Of a stretch of 64,000 nt of DNA, positions 49,501-61,542 are shown one piece after another. A program made the position numbers and the translations under genes. This DNA comes from Hyphochytrium catenoides (lineage: Eukaryota > Protista > Hyphochytriomycota). The stretch lies in assembly GCA_900088475.1 (NCBI GenBank), contig FLMG01000941.1, positions 310,001 through 374,000 on the forward strand, read 5' to 3'. The stretch's first letter is position 1. Each line of letters opens with the position of its first letter. The notes under the pieces were generated by a model that was given only the letters and a program-made list of their open reading frames with translations, did no database searches and was not told where the DNA came from.

Positions 49501-50246
49501 AAGAAGGCTGGATGGACGTCGGCTGCGGGGAAAAGTGGGCGGATCATGGAAGAGAACCACGGGAGCACAACGGTGGACCTCTGGATGCCTCAACCGAGCA
49601 AGAAGAAGCGGTAGACCCTAACGATGAAGAGTGCTGGGATTTTGAGAGAAGGCGCCAGGCCCTGTTACTTGTCGCCGATGCCGTCAAGACGGCCCTGAAA
49701 GCTGCGGAGCGCCGGAGTGCAGGTAGAGAGGCAGATAACGTGCTCCTCACCGGACAGATTGAGAAAGTGAGGAAAGCGCTGTGTCTAGCTGTCAGAGTTT
49801 CCGCTAGCCGGAGTGCGGTAGAGAGCATCATTGAGAGTGCCATAGCATCTACTCTGTCTCGAACGTTTCCACTCGAGTCTTCGTCCGGAACTTCTCTTCC
49901 ATCCTCTTGTCTCGAACCCACTGAGTCTTCAAAGATGACACAGATGGTGCGGGATGAGTCTTTAATGGGGATGAAGAAGCTTGAGTTGAGCGCTCATATA
50001 CACAATCTTTCTGTTTACTCTAGCTATTTGGTTGAGGAAGCTATTCAGTCTGCGTTAGAGCTCGCCATCTGTCAGCACCAGTCAGGCAGAACGCAAGACA
50101 GCAAGCAGTCAAAGAGAGACGACCTTCGCCTAGTCCCGCAGCAGACGCCAAGCTCTAAATCTGAAACCCATCCTGTCAGTTTGATAGCAGAAGTCCTTCG
50201 GCTCACTGTGGAGAGAGTAGTGGCGGCGTCGAGAAAGGAGAGGTAA
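46507..50246 (+). CDS. Coiled-coil protein with IQ calmodulin-binding motifs, multi-exon
   Basis: Long exons 46507-48177 and about 49064-50246; IQ motifs AATRIQATYRGYRTRR and MARKIQRTFRTYIDRR in the exon at about 48492-48735; helical block EILKAIVLRE..PFLWEGTNYLQKMASDLDFL..RNPF. Confidence 0.75.
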
Positions 50247-50399
50247 CGAAGCACTACAAAATTGGCCTTCCATGGTCCAAAGTAGCTAAGGGCAGCGACT
50301 GACAGCTGCCGGCACAGCAAGCTAAGAGGAGTATGACTTTAGGATGTGTGGAGATAAACCACTGGAGAGCTGGTACTCATGGAAAGGATCTATCTGTTC

Positions 50400-52872
50400 T
50401 TACTTTGGAAGGGCACCCTTTCTGCGCTTTCTACTTTCACTTTTCTCTAGGGCAGAGGTGTTCACTCTATGATTCATCTCCCCTGCCTCTGCCGCTCCGC
50501 TCTCTCCTACATCCTCACCCTTCCCATGGCTCAAGTCTGGTACATCATTCGCCACGGAAAGAGCTAAAGCTTCTTCAAGCTTTGCTTTTAGAAGAGGAAG
50601 TTCACCAGCAAAGTGCAGGCTTTGAGGGAACAGTGGTCAGCCACGAAAAAGAAAGGAGAGCCAACCGGCCAAAGGCGTACCTATGTGCCCATCCTGCTCT
50701 GACTCCATAATAGGTTTTGAAGAGCTCACTAACCTTTTGATAGACAGCAGGTGTTAATGTCTTGCTGCTAGTCTGCAGAGTAGGAGATCGCGTCCTGGGT
50801 TAGAGTTGCTCTAAGTCAGCGGTCGAGATACAGTAAGACGAAGAGTAGAAAGAGGCATAAACGACCTTAAGCGATGGGTCAAGATCGCGGCAAGCGATCT
50901 GCCACATATGCGTATCTATAGGCACGCAGTCGTCCTGATCCAAAGAGAATAGAGCCACGCAGTCCGCTACTTTCCTACCGACACCTAGCACGGAGCATAA
51001 TAAATGACTAGAGAAAACAAAGACTTTTTCGACTTTCTTTCGCTCTCTCACCGGGGAATTGAAGCAATTCCTCTTGCGCCTCTTGATGCGAACGTTTCCT
51101 CAAGCCCTCAAGGTAAACATCTCCTCCGAGTTCCTGTAAGGCATTAGGCAATATCAATGTCTAGCTTTCGTTCCCTTTGCCTAGCTCCTCCCCGGAGCTT
51201 TCTTCTGTTGTGCGAGTCTTCACCTCACCTGTAGCCTCTGTGCTGTACCTATGACATATTTCGCTCTATAACCCAGCCCAAGAGCCCTTAAATCTTCTTC
51301 TGAGGCTTGGGCCAGTGTCAGCGAGGCAGGAAAAGAGAAGTACTTGTCTCCGTCCCTTGTGGCCAACAAGAGTTCTCCATAATGGGCCCTTAAGCGGTCG
51401 ATCATCAAAGTGATACGCTTGATGTTGTTGTTGGACGAGAGGATGAAGGAGAAGAGACATTCGCGTGGATTTTGCCTGTGTCATAATGATCTGGAATTAG
51501 AGACTGTCCAACTTATCACGGCACAGTGCTGACATAGCAGAGTCCATAGAGGATGTCACAGCCAATGTAGAATGGCTTCCGAGACTCCATGAGACGAGAG
51601 TGAGCAGGGACGATGGCTCACAAGAGAATAGAATGGACCGGTCATAAGGCGTCAAAGGCAAGACTTATAGGTGTTTACCTGAGCACTCTGAGCCCGCATA
51701 GGTGTTTAGCCATTACCCCTATCCGGTCATTTCGAGCTCTCCACGTGTCTGTTGATCCAGGCACCGGATGCATAAGTATAATACGATCAGGAAGCGATGA
51801 TACCGCAAAAGTTGACCACAAAAGAGTGACAACGAGAAGACTTCACCTCCAAATTGCAAGGAAAGGGACACATGGTGAAGACAGCGCTCAGACAAAGAAT
51901 GGTTTGGCCCTGGACCCCTTCACTTACCATAAATAGAGTCCCAGGGAGTCTGGCGTGTCAAGAGACGTCGCAGGAAATCAGACCAAGGACAGGAAGGTGG
52001 AGCATTGAAGAGGAAACGGTCGAAAGGATGCAGGACGTTACATTGAGAGATAAGAGAGTAGGGTAGAGAATGGAGAAGAAGTATAAAGAAGACGCTTCGT
52101 TGGGGACCAATGTTGAAAACTGTTCAGCACGGGGTGAAAGCAAGCACTTGTTGGATTGCGTGAGCAGAGCTGACCTCGGTTCTAAAAAAATCATGAACGC
52201 TCTCATGGATTCTGTTGAGCTCTAGAACACGGAAAAATGGGAGATGTCAAAGCTCTAGCCTTTGAGCATGTAAGAATCTAGCCAAGACTTTTTGAAGCAA
52301 GTAGGCACGCCGAAGGACACAAGAGAATGAGTCAGCAGATGATCATGTCATTGGCCGATCAAGGTAAAGAGGTCAACGAAAGGCGGAGTGTCCTTATGTG
52401 ACCAGCATAAAGACACCCTTAGCAGGGAAGAGACCTCCAGCAGATGGATGGTCCACGCTGCTAGCAATTTACCCTGTTGATTCTTGAATCTTTCTGCGTT
52501 CAAAACTGAGAACTCGATCTTGGCGGAGTCCAGGCCAGTTCGGAGCCCTATAACCGCCTTGTCAATCACTCCGACCCATTGTGCCGTGCTATCGAGTCCT
52601 CCTCGCCTCTTCCAGGAGAAGACCTGCCCATTCTGGAAGGTGACGTCACAATTTAGCGAGAGAGAGGGAGAGAGGAAGGACCATTGCGAATGTGAGAGAG
52701 AGGATAGAGGTCGCTTTATCATGCGTCGCATCCCAATCTCTTCTTCTTCTTCTTTTTCTTCTTTCTTATTGCGCTTTCTGCCCGGGTCTTTGGAGCCCGC
52801 CTCAGACTTCACCTCTCGTTCTGTTGCTTTTCCCGTTTTTGCCGGTCTTCTGGGCCGGAGAGCTCGAGACAT
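50400..52872 (-). CDS. OGG1: 8-oxoguanine DNA glycosylase/AP lyase, multi-exon
   Basis: [52 protein letters not shown], HhH-GPD LLQFPGVGRKVADCVALFSLDQDDCVPIDTHMWQIA, YGVRAGWAHSLHFAGEL; stop TAA at 50400-50402. Confidence 0.95.
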
Positions 52873-53337
52873 TCCCGAAAGGTGTCGGGGCTTTGTTGAG
52901 CTAAACTAGAAAGACGTGAACTCAAGCAGATGGCCAGATGGCAGGAAGGCAGAAGAGGAGGACGCGGTAAGGAGGAGCCTGAATGAAGGCTCTTCAGCTA
53001 CTCATGTGCACCCCTAGTCAAGCTTGAAAGGCACTTGTCGCTGATGCTCTGATAATCTGCTCCTTGCTTCCACCAGCGCGGGAGACTGAAGTCCTGAACT
53101 CTCCTACGTTGCGCGCTCTAACTTTACCAGGGCAACGCTTGTCGACCCCAGATTCTACCGGGCTCTCTGGTGCGTGACCAGTTGGGGAAGGGCTAGAAGT
53201 ATAGCAGGGAGAAGAAGACACCAAGGAAGGAGGAAGCACTAGCAGGCACCAGTAGTGGCAGCACGCCCTAAGAATAAATACCCTTAAACAAGTGATGATG
53301 AAGGACGAGAACAGCACTGTGACGGTGGGGCTTGGCC

Positions 53338-53361
53338 GCTGCTGCTGCTGCTGCTGCTGCT
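53338..53361. repeat. (GCT)8 trinucleotide repeat
   Basis: Direct reading; a shorter run lies at about 54628-54648. Confidence 0.85.
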
Positions 53362-55189
53362 CCAAGACCTACCTCTATTAGCTCCTACCGCTCGGTGATG
53401 ATGCGATGATGGGATGATGGTGGGGGAGAGGGTGAGGGGAATCCGCTAACGGCCCCTGGTCTGAACTTGTTTCTTTGTTTGCACTGCATAATAGAGGGAG
53501 TTTAAGCCTCTTCTTTCTTCTAATCAGCAGCAGCCTTGATGATATTAAGGCAGAGCTCTTATTGTTGGCGGCCGGTGGTACTATCATCTTCTTCTTCGGA
53601 GAGTCTCGATATCTTCTTCTTCTGGGATGAGAACAAGAAGCTTTGGAAGGCCAGGTGGTGATTGATGGAGTGCCCTAGCACTCGTAGGAAAACCTACTAC
53701 TACTACCTACTTGCTTGCCAAAGTAATCACGACGATAGAAGAAGAGCGAGGGGGGCAACAACGACAACGTGGTGCGTGGTGATGAAGCTTTTCTACCCTT
53801 CGCACCCCTAGTAGAAAGCCAACGCAGACGGAAGAATTGGGTTGCACCCCATCAAGTTTATAACTTTCACGTAGTCATTGCCCTCTCTCGTGGCTTGGAC
53901 AACCTAGGTCTTCCTCTTACCGGGTGCTATAGCTAGGAGGAGCGAGCGCCGCAGCACTCCTCCATCATCACCTGACCCTCCACCACGAGCTTATTCTTTC
54001 TTATCCCAGATATCATCGGGACTCACCGACGACGAAGAAGATAGGGCGGCCAACAAACAGCTCTGCATTGTACTTTCAAAAAGAGCAGCATGAACAGCAG
54101 CAATAGATACTAGAAGAGAGGAGGGTCCTCATAGGGGATCATCGCTGCTTGGCTTTCCCGCTGCTTCTTGCCCTTGTCGGCCACTCTATCCTCCTCCCTC
54201 CTTGCTGTATGTTGTTGGCTTCTTTTGTTGTGTATCAATCGTCCTGTCACCGAGGAGAGAAGCATCACCATCGAGCTCATCCACTGTTATAGATGATGGA
54301 GGATTCAACGCCACGGCGGGCTTTGTTGGCTCGCTTTTTTGTAGATAGATTTGTCGACAAAAAGGGTAGTGGCAATTCAAGTCTCCGGCTGGCCGTCTGT
54401 TACTGATAGATGGCACTAGCAACTGTTTGCCGGGCGGGACTTCACGCGCCACCATCATCAACGCGACTACTGCTATTAGTAGCATAGTAAGTTCACTGTT
54501 GCTCTCTTCTAAATAAAGGCATTGTCGACGAATCCTCCTCCTTAGCACTATGTCGACAAATGAAGAAGATGGAAAGACTTCTTTGGGGTCGAGGGGCCAG
54601 CTACTGGGTAACGAGAAGGATGATCACCTGCTGCTGCTGCTGCTGCTGATGGTGCACTGACGAGGATGCGTTGAGTCTTCTTCTTCTTCTCTGATCGGTC
54701 TGCTGCTGCTTCATCATTTCCTATCATGATGAGCCGCTTAGTATTCCTTAGCACCTTGCTGGGATTTTAATCCTGGAGGAGTACTGGTGTCCCTTCTAGA
54801 TCTGTACGGTACAGGATGGATCTAGCTTGTTGGGCATTTTAACGCCATTTATTCACAATCCCAACAAGATTCATCATGCTGGAGCTGAAGAGCCGTTTTC
54901 CCATTGAGGCGAAGCGGCACAGCCTGAATGGCCCCCCTCCTTCCCTTCTCTGTCCTTTCTCCTCCTCTGTCCTTCTTGCAGCACTGCCTCCTCTCCGAAC
55001 TCGCTCTCTCTCTCTCTTGCCTCGCTCTCTAATGTCTCTCTCTTTTCCATTCTCTTCCTAACTGCTCCGTTGTTTGGTCCTCTCAACAACTCGACTCTCT
55101 CTCCCTCTCTCTCTCTCTCTCTGATGAGATCTATCTGGCAGCGGCCCACTTACTCGTCCCCTCCTCATCCTTCAACTTTACTACGCCAG

Positions 55190-58100
55190 GGTAGTTGAAT
55201 CTGTTGTCTCTCTATATTCTCACTCCATCATCCTGGGCAATCATTCACTCATCTGAAGGACGCGTCACCCTACATTGGTATGGTGTTGTCCTGAAGATAT
55301 CTAGCTTTAGTTACCTCTTCTACCATCCATCAGGATGAACTGGGCTCATAGACAGCTAATAATGCTCATTCTGTCTTGATATTCCGAGGAGCAGTAAGTT
55401 CTGTCTGAGGAGTGAGGAGCAGGCTAAGAAGGTCAAACCACGGGAGCGCTAACTACATCCAGATCCATTGACGTACGATGGAGGGCAAAGCAATGCACAA
55501 AATGCAGCTGAAGACCTCCTTGGCGGTCGATCCTAGCATATTGACTGCAGTTGAGGAGGGAAAGTATGCACTCGCATGCGGGAACATTATCAAGTTTTGC
55601 ATGGTTGAAAGCGAGTATGGAGTCGCTGAGGAGAGCTTTGCTGCGCCGCATACTATTACGCAAGGTCCGTTTAACCTATGAGTCCAGAGGCACTAGCACC
55701 ACATCCACCTTTCTTTTCTTTCCCTATTATCACTCCGGCAAGAGCATCTCATCCACCTCGTCCTTGTTCTCTCCTATCGATCGTCCTTCTATCTTTTAGC
55801 AACACTGATCCTCCATGCTTGCTTAGCCATTGACTGCCCTAGTCAAGTTGAATCCGCACTTCTTCTGTGTCGGGTTTCCTTCCTGCCTTCTTGGTGTACT
55901 TTGGTCGCACTTACCTCACAAGCTCTTTGTCCCTTGTTCTCTGCCTTGTCATGTTCGCTTTTCCTGACCACAAGCGATTACATTCATTAAATCCTTCAAG
56001 CTCTTCCTGCTCCGAGTCCCTTCTCTCGGGTGGATTAGTATTTGCCTCTACTGGTCTAAGTCAGCTCCCTCTTTACTGCCTGCAGGCGTCTCAGCCATGA
56101 GTTGTGCAACTTATTCCACGCAGATGATAGCTATCTCCCCTCGTGGTGGAGATGGAGAGATTGCATTGTTTGACTCTCAAGGGGTAAGTTCGGCAAGGCA
56201 GTCTTTGATGTCCCGGCGCTGCCCTACATAGGTTCACTTCCCAAATGATGCAATGTTGTCTCTTTCTTTGACATAAGAACCTCAATATCTGGTACTCACC
56301 TTCCGGGTTCTCTCACGCTTTCCTATATCCTCCTACCCTGGGTTTACCAAGGCTCTGATGCACAAGCTTCCAGCTGTCAGTGGCAGCAGCACATCGGACT
56401 ACTCCAGTCTTGCTTTCTCGGAGTGTGGGCGATTACTCCTTGCCATATCAAGACAGCAGGCCAATAAGGTAACTCTGAGAACGACGCAATCGGAAAAGCG
56501 CATCACAATTATTGGCACTAGATGAGAACTGATCACTGCTAAGGCTTAGTGCCAAAGCGTGAAGGGGCTTTCTAACATGTGGACTAGGAAGTAAAAGATT
56601 GTCCGCTTGATATCAAGACTGTTGGAATAGTTAAAGGGAGAGGAATAGCACGAGAAGATGGAAGAGGAGTAGGAGACAACAAGCTGATACGACTTCTTCG
56701 TAGCTAACTCTGCTTCCTTTGTCCCTGACTGCGTTTTCTTACTCCGTTCTATCCGCCTTCTATCCGCCACCTCGTTCTCTGCCTTCGCTACCGACCTACC
56801 CTTTCTTCAAACAGCTCTATCTGTGGGACACTGTCAGTCTTAAGCCTGTGCAGGGCTCTTCCTGCCTGACGTTCTCCAGAGACATCAATGCTGCCTCATT
56901 CTCTCCTTTCGATGTACACGTTATGGTGGCTTTCAGCAGTCATTCATCCTATCACATTTCTGTGCATTCAGGCTGTGATGGTAAGAATAGCCGCGACAGG
57001 AGTTCATATCTTCCTATCTCACACTCTCTGTCTCCTCTTCCCATTGGTTTTTGTGGCTCCCTACTACTTTCCTATACAGAACTCTTCTGTGGTCTTCTTC
57101 TATGGACCTCTCATCGGTTAACCCTCTTGCGCGCTGCGCGACTTACACGCAGTGGCTGACTCTCCTCTGTCTTCTTAGGCTCATATTTTGCGGAGATAAC
57201 GGACCTTTCGGAGCTGGATCATAAATCCAGACAGAACGTCGGCGGTGAGCATTCTACGATTGTCATTGACGGTACTTTTGACCCACCCGAAGAGACAAAA
57301 CAGCCTCTGAAGGCAGAGAAAGCCATCGAAAGAATGAGAGATAGAGAGGGCTCTGAGCCTCTTCCATCGTCTCCTTTTGCTGACATCATGGCGCACTGTT
57401 GGTGTGACCCCTCGCGGCTGGTGCTCGGTAAGAATATTATTGTCTTTGTCTCCTCTTGGATATCGATAGCAGCATGATGATTGTATCATCTCTCCTCTCT
57501 CGTTCTCCGCCCCAGTGTTCTTAATCTAACAGTAGTTCTGATGACGTTTACTCTGTACCTGTGGCTTACTCTAAAATTGACGACTGCGATGCTTCTTGTG
57601 TCTCATTAAGGTCGGAGGGACGGGACTTTGATGCGTGTGGACACTACCTCTCGGACCATAGAGAGGGAGATCAAGTTGATAGATCTTCATGGAAAACCCA
57701 TCACGGCTCTGTCACTCTTCCTCACACCTGATTTCTTTATGGGTCTCTTCTCTGATGGCTGCGTGAGGTGGCTCTCGGCTGACCTTGGCGTAGAATTTCA
57801 GCTATCTCTTCCTCTCTCAACTAGCTTGTCTACAGCCACTATCCGGTCCTCCTCTCCCGTCTCTCCTTCTGCAGCTTCACCCATTCCGCTTCGACCTCCT
57901 CTGTCTTCCCGGGGAGCGCTTTACCCTTCAAGAACCAAGATGGTAGTGCTCACAGAAGAAGGAACTGTGGTGGACGTCCTATGTTCCCCTCAGGGAAAGC
58001 TTGATCCAGCCAACATCGAAGAGGAAGACATACAGGTTTAATAGCTGGGACCCCCTGCGGGAATAAGCTGTTTCGTTACTATTCTTCTTGACCGTACCGC

Positions 58101-61100
58101 GCTTACTATCGATCGAACTTTCACTCATGCCTAAGCAGAGATCCTCCCTCGCCTCCTGCTTGCCCCAAGTAGACCTCATGGTGCTGTTATTGTTGACGGC
58201 CTTTGCTTCGTTCTCTGCAGGCCCCGCCTATCCTCGTGCCGAGCATCACAGTATTACAAAGGCACGACGTGTCCGCCTTAACTTCGCTGACTGCAATCCC
58301 AGTCTCTTCGACACCGCTCATTGTCACTCCTGCCTTGGCTCCTTCGTGTCTGAAGCTCCACCCTCCAGAAGAACTTGCTAGCCTTCAAGTTATGAGGGTT
58401 GGGACAGAGCCGCCTGAACACGAAGGACGGGGTCAGGCGTTGGCGGTGGCCTCAAGGTCCATATGTTATCACCCTTACTCTTACTTCCACCCCTGGCTTT
58501 GTCTTGCTTGATCCTTGGTCTATTATACTACGTCTCAGCGGCTACTGCTCTCTTTCGTCATCGCAAGACGTGTATCTGTTCACTAAGTCAGACGACCCTT
58601 ATCGTACGCTGGTTCTCTCCTTTGGCTTTCCGCCTCCTTCTCTGTGTGTCTGACAACAATATTGCATTGCGCCTTGATAGGCATGAAGGCATTCCTTTGG
58701 TGGCGTCCTCAAATTTGAGAGGAGATGTCTCCATTTGCTTCATCACTGCCAGCGATGATGAAGAAGGGGCGAACAGGGACGCAGTTGGAAAGGCAAAGGA
58801 GGAACAGGGCCAAGCCTACTATAACCTCTCTGTCCTAAAGCACTTTTCGAGACTAACTCCGAGGCCCATACCTCTTCTACGTTTTCATCCTACATCCCTG
58901 TACGTGAGAGAAGTGACAAAGCTCTGTCTTTTGCTAATGCCGTCGGCGTTTTAGAGGCTCTCAGCTCCAGTTCGATATCGTCTTCACGGCTGCAATCTCT
59001 GTCATTGTCACCTTACGACCCTTCAGGCCACCATACCTACTGCACAAATTCTCTTTCCTTCTCGGTCTCTTTCGTCGTTTGTCCATCATTTCTGTATCCT
59101 TTTCTCTCTCGTCTTACTCTCTCTCGCTTGTCAAAGTACTTACAGCTCCTCGGCCTGACCTCTTCTCTTCTTTCGAACACGGACTAGCCTGCTAGCCGCT
59201 TGTGACATCGAAGGCAATATTGCGGTTATTGATGTCAACCCTGCGACAGAAATGAGGGTACGAAGGCTGATGTGTCCTTGTTGAGCGTCTTCTTTTCTAC
59301 AGTTGATATACGTTCCTGCTTTCTTCACCTTCTCTAGGTCATTGCCTTTGGAAGACTTGACAGAGAAGAAGAGGACTTGGTTGTCGCTCTAGAGTGGACC
59401 AAGCACAACCTGGTCCTCTGTACGGTCTCCCTCTCTTCTACCAGGCAGGGGCAAGGAGAGAGTGGGGACAGAGGCGAAGACTATGGTGAAAAGAAAGGAC
59501 CCATCTCTCGTATCTACTGCATGCCCATTGACTGCTCAACTGGCACCCTTGAGAACCAAGAGCATCCACAGGCTCTTCCCTTCTCTGGTCGCGCGCCGGC
59601 ATTAGAGCTCGAGGGAAGCGTTGTCACTTCCGCTGTGTCTATCTCTTCCTGGGACCTCCTCTTGTCGCTCGCCCACTCCCCTAATATTCTTAGAGTCCGC
59701 TTAGATCCTGCCAAGAACTCAGGCTCCTTAGCCTCCACCCTATCTTCCTCCCACCCGCTTGGGGTCTCTCAGATGGCCGCAGCTGCTCTCTTTGAGGAAG
59801 AGGATGAGACTGAGGAAGGAAGTGGAGCGGAGGGTAAAGGAGACAGTAGTACAACTAATGGAGACCGAAGAGTGACAGCTGGCCCAGTCATTGTGCTAGC
59901 GACAGGAGGTGTTGATGGCTCCGTTGGCTTGTGGGAAGCTTCTGGACGGAATGAGCTCAAGGAGGTCTCTTTTCTACCCTTCTCTCTCTCTCTCTCTCTC
60001 TCTCTTTTTCTCTTCTATTCTTTCGCTGCTGCTCTCTCTTTCTCCCCCTTCGTCATCCTCCGTTCTCTTCGAATTGCCTTCCTCTAAAGGTCCCTGTTCC
60101 CAGCAGTGGGGAATTAGATTTCTTAATATTTTGACCGCAGGGCATCTCCATCGGCCCGTCTCCTGTACCTGTTGGCCATTGCCTTCATTCTTCCTTCAGC
60201 TTACTATTTCTCTCCCTCGTCTTTGGCGCCTCAATTCCCTCATGCCTTATTCTCTCTCCCCTCTCTCTCTCACGCTACTTGTTACCCTCTCTTGCATGTA
60301 CTAGGTGGCTCGTGTCCATCACCAATATGGACCGATCCTCTCCCTTCACTTCCTATCAAAGGGCTCTCGTCCCATTCTCTCTTCCTCCTCTTTGAAGGCG
60401 GGTACTCTCACCTACTCTCTACCCACCCTAAGAGAGAGAGGAGAGACGGAAGAAAGGGAGAAAGAGCTAAGAGAAGTCATTGCCAGCTTTGCAAAGAAGG
60501 CTAAATCCGCGGCTTCTTCCCCGTCATCTGCGCTCTCTCCTCCTCACGCCGCGGGGTTGCTGGCATCTCCGAACTCTTCCCTCTCACCAGTGGCATCAGC
60601 AGCCAAATCTCAATCTCCCTCTTCCGCTTCTCAACCGGCTCTTGCCTTCGGGCACATCTCTGGCCTTCAGACGGATACGTTACTTGCGCCGTCATCCCAC
60701 TTGGAAGAGCTGGCGCTGCAGGAGAAGAGGAGGACGGAGGATCCTTCCGTGGAAGAGGAAAAGAAGACGAAGAGAGAGAAGGTGGCGGTTCTTAGTAAGC
60801 GTCTGCAGGAGTTAAAGAACAGTCCTGTGGGGCTCTCTCCTGAAGAAACCACTATCTGCTCTGACCTTTGTCAGAAGAGACAGGCTGAGATAGAAATGGA
60901 AAAGAGAAGAGTTCGAGAAAAGAAGTACCATGAAATTGCGGAGAAGGAGGTGGTCAGCAGCAGAATGAAGGAGCAGGTACACTGCCGACGGGTTCTGCTC
61001 CACTCTTTCTCTCATTCTTCTTCTGGGTTTGTCTCCTCTCTTTCTTTTTCTCGGCTTTCTAAGAAAATGTCCGGTCTCTCAGCAGACACAAGCCTTACCG

Positions 61101-61185
61101 CCTGTGCAAGTGCTTCTCCTTAGTTTTTCTCTCTCCTCTCCCCTCTCTCTCCCTTCTTCTCTTTCTCCCGTCTCCCTTCTTCTTA

Positions 61186-61219
<34 letters not shown>

Positions 61220-61511
61220 CTCTTCTTTTCCTGTACGTCATCCACTGTCTTCGTCAGTTCTATGACACGATGGAGGATAAGGAGGATGTGCTGATGGGCA
61301 TCAATCGTGATGTGCTGATCAAAAACTTTATCCTTCCGAAGAAAACTCCAAAGGAGAAACGAGCTTTGGAGATAGTGAGAACTTTGACAACGGTAGGTCC
61401 ATGTTATTCGGGCCCTTGCCTTAGGTTGCGCGCCACATTCACCTTTTCCACTTTTTGCCTTCCTGTTTGCTTGCTCTCTCTCCTCTCCCTCTCTCCTTCT
61501 CCTCTCTCTTC

Positions 61512-61542
<31 letters not shown>

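Noticed and set aside
50716-50728. 13-nt match (tttgaagagctca) between the H3 3' arm and the antisense of OGG1, suggesting a cis target
   Set aside because: A 13-mer hit between about 200 arm positions and 128 kb of both strands is expected by chance, and the pairing does not extend.
53018-54850. Minus-strand ORFs with poly-Q/poly-A runs between OGG1 and CFAP43
   Set aside because: Explained by trinucleotide repeats in a divergent intergenic region; no domain evidence.
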